DNA from: Azolla caroliniana
Taxonomy: Eukaryota; Plantae; Polypodiophyta
Assembly (NCBI GenBank): GCA_043228905.1
Contig: JBHGNT010000002.1
Coordinates: forward strand, 13,268,001 to 13,332,000
Direction: 5' to 3'
DNA length: 64,000 bases
The notes beneath the pieces are model-generated. The model ran no database searches, had not been told where the DNA came from, and saw nothing but the letters and a program-made list of their open reading frames with translations. Within the stretch, counting starts at the first letter, position 1, and each line of letters opens with the position of its first letter. The position numbers were made by a program, and so were the translations under genes. Positions 51,360 to 62,900 of this stretch are shown in pieces.

Positions 51360-54300
51360 TGTCGCGTTATTACGCGCGTGCGTGGAAAAGGGCGGGACCA
51401 CGGGGGTCTTGGACTAAGGAGTAGAGGAGAAGGAATCGGACATGGAATGGAAGCTTTGCTCAAGAAGAAGAAGAATGAACAAGAGATTAGATCGAACAAG
51501 AGGAAGATGGAGACAAGATGATCAACAAGATATATTAAAACGTAATGAACGATTACAAAATGGTGGCCGCCATGGCCGCACCAAAATGACTCTATGGAAA
51601 CCCTAAAGGAAAACCCAAGAAGAAAGATTAACCGAAACCCTAACCCTAAAACGAAATGGGAAGAAGGAGAACCCTCGACTAAGTGGTATACCTTACTCAC
51701 CCAAAATAGGCAACCCCCACAATGGTGCCTTCCCTCTCCTTTTATAGCACAAGGAGGGAAGACCGTTTACAAAAGTGAGACTAAAATATCCCCTTTCATT
51801 CAAAGGGGATATTTGCCTTGATTTGGGGAGGGTGAGATTGATGGCCCTTTAACTCCCACCTCCACACAAACAACTAGGTACCTATGTACCGCATAGTACC
51901 TCTCTCTCTCTCTCTCGCATGGATGTGCGCACAAGACCCCATCACCTTTATACCTTAGGGATCTTATGGGCATTTCTAGCACCATACACTTTACCCTTAT
52001 TACTATTACAAATACATTATGTACGTGTGCAACGTTGCACATCGCTCTTTGGCTCTCATTGCTCGGGTTTCCGCTTGTGGACGAAAATCTTCACGACATC
52101 CGCCCCCACCTAACCGCACATCCACCGGCATGTGCCAAAACAGAGGGGAGAGAACATGAGATTTTCGGCCATGATGACTGACGGAGTCCTTAGCGTCCTC
52201 GTGGGCCCGCCCGGCTTTGTCTTCCACTTCGAGCAAGACCACCCCGTCCACACGAACCACCGCCACCTTCCGGTCCACCATCCTCGCCGAATGGTCTCGA
52301 ACTGTCGGCGCCATCTGATCCGCCACACTCGACGATGTTCGCCGAGTCGTTGCCTCCAGCCGATCCGCCACGTCCACCGTGGGTCCTCGAACCACCGACT
52401 ACATCCGACCCGCCGTATCTGATGCCCGTGCTTTCCTCCCCGTTCGGTCCTCCCGAACGCCGTCGCCGACCCGGTTGTTCTTCCTTTGTCCGCCTCGTAT
52501 ATCCTCTGGATGCACTCCTAGTCGCATGCCGGATTCCGCCCTTTGCGTGCCGCACACCTTGGCGTGCCGACTCTCTCTGCTCCGCGCTTGCCTTCCGTAG
52601 GCTTTCCCCGTTGTTCGCCGTGTTCTCTCGCGGTAGAGCGTGCCATCACCCCGTCCTTCTTCGTGGCTCTCGTTACCGCTTCGCCTCGACCCGCGCCCTC
52701 TTGGCCCGATTGGCCTCGCATGTCCTTCGGGACACCGCATTTTCTCTTCCCGGTGCGTAGCCCTCCGTTCTCCACGCACCTCCTCCGTTTTCCTAGACAC
52801 GACTCTCCGCTCATGTCGATCGCGCTCGGCCCATGTCGTCGATCTTGGTGTTTCGCCGCGCCGTCCTTCGTCCCACAGTTTCCTTTCGAAGGCTTGACCC
52901 GACTGTCATCGTTGGTCAATCGTTGTCGCCCATCCGCCGTATGCATGCTTGTGTCTTGGCCCTCCACCGGCCGTATTGCATGCGTCTTGTGTCGCACTTC
53001 CGCCGTAGACCCGACCTCTGCGTCGGTCTCCAACTCCTCGCACCACCCACCATTTCTTCGGTCTCCCTTCGATCCGCGACTGCCGATGCCTCACGGATAG
53101 GTGTGAAGGGTTCCTCCCACTCTCGGTCCACCACCGAGTCCTTGCCTCTCAAAGGCTCAATCGGTCCACCGTTTCCGGTCACTCGTTGACGCTCCCCCGA
53201 GTGCATGCTTGTTCCTTGACCCTCCGCCGGCCGTTGTGCATGCTTCACTTCACGCTCATCTGCCGTAGACCCGACTTCCGCGTTGGTCTCTTCGTCCTTC
53301 CCACACCAAGCATCCGCTCCGGTACCCGATTCCGCATTGTCTTCCAACTCCTCGCCGCCACCCGCCATCTCTTCGGTCTTCCGTTGATCCGCAACCGCCG
53401 AAGTCTCAAGCATAGGTGTGGAGGGCTCCTCTTGCTCTCGGCCTCTCACCGACCCGTGCTCGTCGTGCCCGGCTACGAATCGATCAAGCAATCCCGGTCT
53501 TGCCGGCTTTCTTTGGTTCGGGCCCGGTTGACCGGCCCCCGCTTCACTCTTCTTCCGCTCCGCCTCCCGGTCAGGTCGGATTACCGACCGGCTCATCTTT
53601 CGGTCGGGTCGGCTCCCGACTCGCTCCTCGATGCCGCTCCGGACCTATCCTTCGGTCTTTTCGCACGTGCCCACTCCGGGCCTCTCATCCTCACGGCCAC
53701 CGCCCATCTCTCCGGTCTTATGTCCGCGCTCGGGCGCAACCGCCGAAGTCTCCGGCCCCGGTGTCGAGGGATCTCGCCTCCGTCCGCTACAAACCTCCTC
53801 TTCGTCATTTCGGTTGCCTGCCTTGCCACTGCTACCGTCCGTCTCTCTAGGTCTCACACCGGCAATCGGGCCGACCGCCGGTGACTCTAGGGCCGGTGTG
53901 TGTAAGGTCGCGGCACCGCCGCTTGTCTCCTCCTCTTCCTCGATTTCGCAAGCCTCAAGTATGCTCGCGAAATCCTCGTAGAACGTTTCGGGCAACCGCG
54001 TCCCGAAACTTTCGCCCACTCTCGAAGTGGCGTCCATTGCTCCGTAGATATCGGCCTCATCCATGGCCGTTCTCTTTCCACAAGTCGAGAGGATCGCTCA
54101 CTCCGCACCCTGTCCCACATCGTTGCCGTGGTCGCCCGCCTTGCCGCCGCCACCGTTCGTTACCCTAGGTCTCACGCGGGCACTCGGGCCGGCTGCCGGG
54201 GTCTCTTGAACCGGTGTGTGTAAGGTAGCAATGCCGCCGCTCGTCGATGCTATGCCCGTAGCCACCTCCATTTGGACATCGTCGTCCGTGGCTACCCCGC

Positions 54301-56258
54301 CTCCATATATGCAAGCATCAATTATGCTTGCCGCCTCCTCTTCCACGGTCTCCTTACCGTTGTCTTGGTTGCCCGCCTTGCCGCCACCACCGCCCGTCGC
54401 TCTAGGTCTCACGCCGGCAATTGGGCCGACCGCCGGTGCCTCTAGGGCCTATGTGTGTAAGGTCACGGCACCGCTGCTTGTCTCCTCCTCACTCGATGTT
54501 TCGGGCCGCCATGTCCCGAATCCGTAGTTACCGGCCTCCATGGCCGTCCATTCGCCGCAAGACGAGAGAGTCACTCTTTCCGCACCCTCTCCCATGTCAC
54601 CATCGCGGTCGCCCGCCTTGCCGCTGCCACCGCCCGTCACTCTAGGTCTCACACCGGCTCTCGGGCCGGTTGCCGGAGTCTCTAGGCCCGGTGTGCGTAA
54701 GGTCCCGGCACCATCGCCCGTCTTCTCCCCGCTCGATGTTTCGGGCCTCCATGCCCGAACTCCCTCATGTCCGCTCGAACCAGCGATCGCCGCCTCACCG
54801 TCCCCGACCTCGTCCTTGGTCGATCTTTCTCCGCATGTCAAGAGGGTGGCTCGCTCCGCACCCTCTCCCGTGGTACCGATGTACCATTCTTTTTCAGCCT
54901 CCTCATCCTCCGACCCGCTCGGGCCCGACTCCGCAATAAGCCCTTCTTCGGCTTCGATTTGTGCCTCTACGATCTCTTATGCTTCCCGCACCAAGGCTTC
55001 GATGTCGAGCTCCTCCGAACCGATTTGCGTTGAGCTCTCTTCCGGTGGTAGTGCGTAGTCGGTCGCCGCTCTCTCTTCTCCGCCGCTCGCGGGCCGCGTT
55101 GTGGCCGACCGCCTCTCATCGCATTGTATGCATGCCCCTTCCACCTCGTTCCAATCTCCGGTGAGGCCGTATGCCCCTTCATCGTCTTCGAGGTAGGGAA
55201 AAATGGCCATTCTCCCCCTTTCGTTGACCGACTTCAAGAATAGTGGGACCTTGTCCGCCACCACCGATTCTTGATCCCGGACCGAAAGTTGGGAAAACCG
55301 GAGATCGAACTCCCGGAATGCCTTCATTGCGCTTCGAGGAGCCTTTGCCGACGACACCCATAGATCGAACTCACGTCGATCGTACTTGTACGCCTCTTCC
55401 CATCTTTCTCTCCTTCTTGCAAAATCCCTTGCCATTCTCGTAATTACTTCCACGATGTCTCCGTCTTCCATCTCCTTCCTCCCTTGCCGCCTCTTCACGT
55501 CGGGTTCACTAAATTGATGTCACGTTATTACGCGCGTGCGTGGAGAAGGACGGGACCATGGGGGTCTTGGACTAAGGAGTAGAGGAGAAGGAATCGGACA
55601 TGGAATGGAAGCTTTGCTCAAGAAGAAGAAGAATGAACAAGAGATTAGATCGAACAAGAGGAAGATGGAGATAAGATGATCAACAAGATATATTAAAACG
55701 TAATGAACGATTACAAAATGGTGGCCGCCATGGCCGCACCAAAATGACTCTATGAAAACGCTAAAGGAAAGCCCAAGAAGAAAGACTAACCGAAACCCTA
55801 ACCCTAAAACGAAATGGGAAGAAGGAGAACCCTCGACTAAATGGTATACCTTACTCACCCAAAATAGGCAACCCCCACAATGGTGCCTTCCCTCTCCTTT
55901 TATAGCACAAGGAGGGAAGACCATTTACAAAAGTGAGACTAAAATATCCCCTTCCATTCAAAGGGGATATTTGCCTTGATTTGGGGAGGGTGAGATTGAT
56001 GGCCCTTTAACTCCCACCTCCACACAAACAACTAGGTACCTATGTACCACATAGTACCTCTCTCTCTCTCTCTCTCGCGTGGATGTGCGCACAAGACCCC
56101 ATCACCTTTATACCTTAGGGATCTTATGGTAATTTCTAGCACCATACACTTTACCCTTATTACTATTACAAATACATTATGTACGTGTGCAACGTTGCAC
56201 ATCGCTCTTTGGCTCTCATTGCTCGGGTTTCCGCTTGTGGACAAAAATCTTCACGACA
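51360..56258 (-). mobile_element. Complete pol-less Trp-primed LTR element (4.9 kb)
   Basis: LTRs 51360-52098 and 55518-56258. PBS 55494-55511 (ttcacgtcgggttcacta, tRNA-Trp 3' end). PPT next to 52099. TSD ACGG/ATGG; removing the element plus 4 bp restores the host frame EWQIPR-SVQDVQC. Confidence 0.93.
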
Positions 56259-58930
56259 ATGGTCGGTACAAGATGTACAATGTTTTCTAGGTTTTGCTAA
56301 CTTCTACCGTAAGTTTATACAGGATTACTCAAAGATTATTTTACCTCTCACACAACTTACGAAGAAGGGACAAACATTTCTTTGGTCCAATAAAGCAGAT
56401 ATGACTTTTCGGCATCTTAAGAAAGCCTTTACATCAGCACCAATTCTAGCTCATGTGGATACAAACAAACCATTCATCATGGAGGCCGACGCATTAGATT
56501 TCGCGCTCGGTAGCATCCTTTCTCAGCAAGGAGATAAAGAAGAGTTGCATCTTGTGGCTTTCCATTCGCGCAAATTCGATGTCGCGGAAATCAACTACGA
56601 AATACATGACAAGGAGTTATTAGTTGTCGTGGATTCATTTGTGCAATGGCGGCATTTCTTAGAGGGCTCTCCACATCAGGTCATTCTGTTTAGTAATCAT
56701 AAAAATCTTGCTTATTTCCAGAACGCTCACGTACTAAATCAACGGCAAGTTCGGTGGGCGCAATTCCTCACGCGTTTCGACTTCAAACTCATATATCGAC
56801 CGGGGAAGCAGCAAGGAAAAGCAGATGTACTATCACGACGTTGGAGCTAGTGCAACAATCTTTTTGGTGGCCCCACATGCGCCGTTTTGTCGACGACTAC
56901 GTTCGGACCTGTGATGGTTGCTGTCGAGCAAGGATGCCACGACACCATCCATATGGCTTGTTGGAACCCTTAACGATTCCAAGTAAGCCGTGGCAATCTA
57001 TTTGTCTTGATTTTATCACCGATCTACCGGTCTCAAAGGGGTTCGATGCTATCTTAACCATCATCGATCGATATACAAAGATGACATATTTTGTGCCGTA
57101 TACTAAGGCCATCACTAGCGAGGACACCGCCGCCCTCGTCATGCGTGAGGTATTTTGGCATAACGGCCTCCCAAACAGTATCATCAGTGACCGAGGACCT
57201 CAATTCGTCTCAAAATTTTGGCAACATCTCTTTAAGATGCTCAAGGTCTCTTGCAACCTCTCCTCTGGCTATCATCCCCAGACCAATGGGCAGGCGGAAC
57301 GAACAAACCAAACACTAGAACAATATCTCCAGTGTTTCCTGAGTTATCAGGAAGACGATTGGGCTGAGATTCTCCATTGATAGTGTCATGATATGGCAAG
57401 ACTCGAACCCATGACCTTATGCTACATGGGTCGAGCTTTTACCATTACACTATGAATTGTAATTTGTAGGATATTCTTTTCATTTTGCTTTATCATAGAA
57501 AATTGATGTATATTCCAGATCTCTCTGGAACATTCTAGAAGCTTCAGGATTATTCCTAAAAACACTATAAAAGGAGGCACAAGGCATTGTTTTGAACCAA
57601 ATTGGTGCAACGCCAGTCTTAAGCCTCTTAGACACTTTGTACTTATCTTTCACATAATATATTAGCTGTTGTTATCATCTTTCTCTCTCTCTCATTCTCG
57701 CTATGTCTCTCTCTCTCTCTCCTCTTCTCACTTCCTCTCTCGGGAATCTTATGCAGTCCCGTCCTCTTAGTATTAATAGTATTTCTCTTCTCTAGTACTA
57801 ATTCTCTCTCTGTTTAGTACTATTCCTGACAGTGGCCTTTCTTGCCACAAGACCAACAATCAGGCGCGGTCTTCCCTTGCCGTCTTCCAACGCCGCCATG
57901 ACTCCCCTTGCTTCTGGAGGGTTCGGAATTGCTTCTGGCATCTCGATTATGCCGTACATTCTGCTCTTTTCGGCAACCTCCATTGTGCGCCGATCCGCCT
58001 CGTCCACCACGACCATGGGGCCTATCATCCTCAATGTAAAGCAACTTTCTCTTTGTTGTACATTGTCGTACATTGCTGAGCTCCTATTTGAGCTGCAGCT
58101 TTCTGGCCGTTGTGCTGGCGGCGAAAATCCTTTTGAGATTCGCCCACGTGTCCTTTGGTGTCTTGGCATCCCGAATATAACTCAAAAGTTGATCGCTCAC
58201 ATAGGACGCGAAGCAATACAACACTCTGCTTGCCGCTTGTTCCCAAGCCAGATAGTCCTTGTGTGTCGAGTTGGGTGCCACATCGTTTGCTCCTTCGACA
58301 TAACTCTAGTAGCCATGACCGAGTAGGTACTGGTGCATTTTGTACAACCAAGATGCGTAGTTGCTTCTGTCAAGCTTTTCAGTCGGAAGTGAGCTTTCCA
58401 TACCTCTGTCCATGTCTCTGTCTTATTTCTCCCAAAAACAAGACCCTTCAGCTCTGTTTGACACAACGTTTTCTTGTCGGCTACAGAGGACTTCAACCCT
58501 CGTGCTCTGATACCATGTAATAGAACACGTTGTGCAGAAGCGTGTGCGTAAACACAGAGTACACAGTTCGGAGGAATAAGACAATTCAGTAAAACACCGA
58601 AAACACAGAGATGGAGAGAGAGAGCAGACAACAGAAAGCTAAGATTAAAAAATGACACTCTGTTCCGTGCACATACTTTGTGCTCAGTGAGCACCTTATA
58701 TACAAGCCCTGACAATCGGGCTGACACAAGTACTGACAGTACTTGAATGCTCATAAATGAGCCAGTTTACACACCGATACGGCCAAGTTGTGCGTACTAA
58801 CTTACGTGTTCAGCCTATGCACTGGGTTACATGTCATATTACGCACCCAATGTTGAGCTTGTATCTCAATAGTAATGCATGGGTTTCTTCCATCACGTCA
58901 TTGTCAAATCTCTCCTGCTTCGCACTCGCT

Positions 58931-59018
58931 CGGAGGAAATGAGATTTGAACCCATGATAGAAGTAGGTTGTATGTTGATATTGCAAACCAATGCCTTAAG
59001 TTGCTCAGCCATACCTCC
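58931..59018 (-). pseudogene. trnS-GCU: Degenerate plant mitochondrial tRNA-Ser(GCU) copy (small NUMT)
   Basis: GGAGGTATGGCTGAG..CTTAAGGCATTGGTTTGC..ATC.ACATACAA..TATCATGGGTTC.AATC.CATTTCCTCCG resembles plant mt trnS(GCU) as recalled. The D-loop GG and the anticodon are mutated. Confidence 0.8.
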
Positions 59019-59769
59019 AGTTAAGATGGGGGATTCATCAAGCCCCCATCCTGAAGTGTGTGTGTGCGTGCCTACTTGGTCCAGCATCCACCTATTCTTT
59101 GTTTCTTTATCATCTTTATTTCCCAAAGCTACAAGGCTACATCTTATTTTTGGGCTTCCTATTTGTGTGTGCGTGTCTACTGTTTTAAGTAGTTTCATCT
59201 ATCCACTTCTCCAAACACAGTATCTTAAGTACCAATGATGGTGGCCACATCTGCTAGCATGTGATTTTTAAATGTAAAGTCAAGTCCTTGTAAGTAGGTG
59301 AAGCCAAGTGCTCTTATTTTACAACAATAAAGACGATTAGTTCCATTACTGTCTGAGAGCACCCCAGATTCTCCTTTAAGTACTTCAACTACAATATAGA
59401 TAGAAAAGCTGGTATAGAAAACCCTTCTGTATAAGGCTTGAAATGGTGAATTGGAGATTCCATAGATTATGTCATTTAAGGTCATGATGAAGGACATGGC
59501 TTACGATCATTGCCTTTAATCATGTCATTGAGCATTTAATTAGGACATTATACGATGATCCAAATACTTTATCACGTCTCTTCAATGCGAATACAATAAC
59601 GATCATAGCGATCTCGCCTTGTACCCACTAGTACATCAGAATCCGATTAGTCATGAACATCGTGAGCTGCTACTTTTCATAAATCCTAGCACACTCCTAG
59701 TTGGGATAGGTAGGCCCCTTCTAGGGCTTCCCCCCCATGAGCTATATGTGAAAGTTTCCCTTCATACGG

Positions 59770-59867
59770 TGTCGAGTAAATCCTCGCGTGTTCGCGAAAT
59801 GAAGCGGGACCATCTGGGTCCTGGACCGGAAGGATTCGAAGTTTGTACTAGCTTTGGCGAGAAAGTA

Positions 59868-59898
<31 letters not shown>

Positions 59899-59953
59899 TT
59901 GAGAGATGGAGATTCCAATTCTTATACAAATTGAGAGAGAGAGAGAGAGATTG
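59770..59953 (-). mobile_element. End of a Trp-family LTR, interrupted at 59954
   Basis: Near-identical to 831-970 (aatcctcg.gtgttcgcgaaatgaagcgggacca). Left flank ACGG. Confidence 0.85.
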
Positions 59954-62900
59954 TGTTACGGGCATGACTGTATAATATCCCGTGGTGAGAATTTACTGTA
60001 GTATTCTATACACGTGGAAAAGTGTGAGGGTTAAACGAGAGTGTAAAGAAGGGGAGGATTACTTTTAATCCTCGGGATTGAGACAACCCATTAGGCCAAG
60101 TGTGAACTTGCCTGGGGTCCTTCGGTATTATTATAAATAAGAGGCCTAGCTACCCTCATTTCATCATCTTTTGACTACGTCGAGACTCTGTTCTTGTAGT
60201 GGGTCAACTATTGTAGCGAGTGCGCCAGCACCAGGTACGACTCGACTTCACGATGGTGGTATGGGACGCCGATCGAGGCTCGAGTCCATCTCGATCCCTT
60301 CTCTCGGTGGTGGTCGGGTGGATCGGCACCCTTCTTTCTCTCTCTCCTTTCTTATTTATCTATCTAACATCCCTATCTCATGCTTACATTAGATCATATC
60401 TCTAACAGTTGGTTTTAGAGCTCATGTTCTAATGTGTCTTTTGTTGGTTTTGTCTTCTTGATGGATGGCGATCGATCAACGTGCGGTCGACCTTGTTCCA
60501 AACAACAATCAACAAAGGAACTTCGGTAATCTTTCTTGTTTTTTTTTCTATTTTTTCTTCTCCCTTCTAATCATGTATATGGTCATATGTAATTTTTTTT
60601 CATTAATTCAAGGATGTTGTAGTGGTAATTAATTGGTTATATAAAATTTTTACATATGTGCATGAGGTCAATACCTCATGTGACATATATTTAATATGTG
60701 ATCAGTGTCGTATGCGTATGAGGTTAATACCTCAATTGCATATTACGACATACACACATGTTACATTTGCGTATGAGTTCAATACCTTGATTTCTATGTA
60801 AATGATATGCATTTGGTGTCGTATGCGTAAGAGGTCAATACCTCAATTGTGTATTAGGATTAACCCTTAATTTTGGATGTTTCGTGTGTGTAGAGGCTAT
60901 ATGCCTCAATTACGTGTCTCAATTTCATCATATGGTGGCTATTTGGTGTTACGATTTTTTTAATATATGCATATGTGGTCACGTGTATACATAATTGATC
61001 GTATATATGTGATAAATACACATATGTGTATATTTGATATTACGTGATCTTTATATTGAATGTGTCACAGATGAACAATTGGGGGTAAAGAGATGGGGAA
61101 GTTGATGAGATAGGGAGATCGAGAAGTTGATGACAATGAGTAAAAATATCTATTCCATGACTGGTGTTGATCTCCTTGATGTTAACAAGGGAGATCAACC
61201 CTTTTTATACATGTAGTGATGTAGGATAAGCATGCTCATACCAAGTCTTACATACTATAATATCAAGCATACTAATTCTTGCATGCCAAGTCTTACATAC
61301 TGAGTCTTACATACCACTCTTTATACAAAGGTTTGAAGTCTAAAGTTTGTCTAGGAGAAATATATATACAAGGTCCTAAGGTTCACATTCGGTTCGATGT
61401 TCATGACAGAATGTTGTCATTTTCAGGGAAAGGATCTTGGTGGCCGTCCTCACGTTTTTGTGAGAATGGCGTAGTCACCATCCTTTTTTCAACAAATTTT
61501 TATTGTTGACATCCCCATTAGTGACTTTGATTTCATTACGTAATGAAATAATCTTAGCCACAATGGTGTTGAGAACGTAGGGTTTGACCCACTTGATGGT
61601 AGGTTGCTCTTATGACACACATATCCAACATCCCTCCCTCATTACATGGATACGATGCCACCATGAGATCATTCTTACGAAAGGCATTCGTAATGACATA
61701 ACCATGTGATGGGCCATGTGGGCCTACTACGAAAAGAGGGCTCATTTGTCTTGACCATTAGGTTACACTTTGGCGTATGCCATCTTAATTACAAGACTTG
61801 AGGTTAGGTAACGTACCAACAAAGTTTGTGGTAAATGCAGGGGAAATAAAGACTCTTGACATATATGTTTCTTTTAAAAAAACATATATGGGCAAATGCT
61901 TCGCATATCTCTTATACGCATTAAATATTAAGTATTCATGAAGACCAACCTACTTGGTTGGCTCAAGTGTTTAATGCATTTGTTCTCGAGATCTCGAGTT
62001 CAAATATGACCAAGGCCATACAACACATATGACTATAACACATGTTTAGACATGAGGTCTATGTGCACTTCGGGGTCCTCGTAATAGGACTTAAAGAGCC
62101 GAAACCACATATGTGGGCACCAAAACATAGTTTATTGTTAACATTTTTTTCGTGTATAAACTATTCATGACATGAACATACATGGTTGAGCCTCGGGGAG
62201 CTGCCATGAAAAAATCGATATAGAGATCAGGGAAAGACATTCATTTGTCACCCTCATGGTTTTTAAAACACCTTTGTGTTACCATAGTAACCTGATCTTG
62301 AACCTTATCTCATACGTCTAGAGGGGTATTGACGTGAGATCATGATATCGATTAATGTTTGCCCATGATATGTTTACATCATGACATGATGTTATGACTA
62401 TTTGTTTGACCTTATCCTATTTCTTTGCCAGAAATAATCATCAATGGCTCAAAATAACGACCCGATGTCATCCGCTCAAGCGGAAGGAACTCAAGCAAAT
62501 CCTCCTAGACAAATGTCCATTGAGATGTATTTTTCACAAATAAGCCAATACCTTAGTTTCACCGCTCAACAGATGACCGAACTTCGGCAATCTCAAAGTG
62601 CTCTTGAGTCACGTGTTATTAGTTTACAATGTGAGACTAATAGACCTCATGAGTGCTAGGGTGAACCATCATTTGTCGTTAAGCCATTCACGGGAGAAAA
62701 AAAGGAAAGAACCGAAGAAGCAATATCTACGTGGCTGGGCTGATGGGAGTCCCATTTTCAGCTCTATCCCATGCCGGATAGTACGAAGATTGCATATGTC
62801 AGCCGAGAACTAGGGCGTAAGGCTGCCGCCTAGTGGCGTGTGCTCCGAACTTTGGGGAAATTGCCTGATACCTAGACAGATTTTGTCACAGTTTTTAAGG

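Larger units (their letters stand above)
48375..57831 (+). mobile_element. Second Tcn1-like chromovirus copy; internal deletions, chromodomain lost; split by a Trp-family element
   Basis: LTRs 48375-48821 and 57384-57831, perfect TSD GTGGC. Gag from ~48890; RT YLDDLL; RNase H and integrase 56263-57380. Confidence 0.94.
47476..58871 (-). mobile_element. Truncated Ty1/copia (5' LTR ~58516-58871, gag, protease, integrase start) split by a chromovirus
   Basis: iMet PBS at 58504-58515. Gag WEQAASRVLYCF..TWANLK. The zinc knuckle CWSCGKKGH|RESEC is cut exactly at the insertion. WYVDSRASNH, LWHKQFGH, IHLDVWGP. Confidence 0.85.

Noticed and set aside
51625-51655. aaaccctaaccctaaa as telomeric repeat (similar motifs at 33614-33735)
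   Set aside because: Only one or two units within LTRs; telobox-like at most.
52100-55200. Numerous overlapping plus-strand ORFs as host genes
   Set aside because: GC-rich shadow frames antisense to the element, with no recognisable domains.
60655-60915. Hairpin array as a CRISPR locus
   Set aside because: The repeats are short and degenerate, the intervening sequences are partly homologous and self-pairing, the context is a eukaryotic retroelement, and no cas genes are present.
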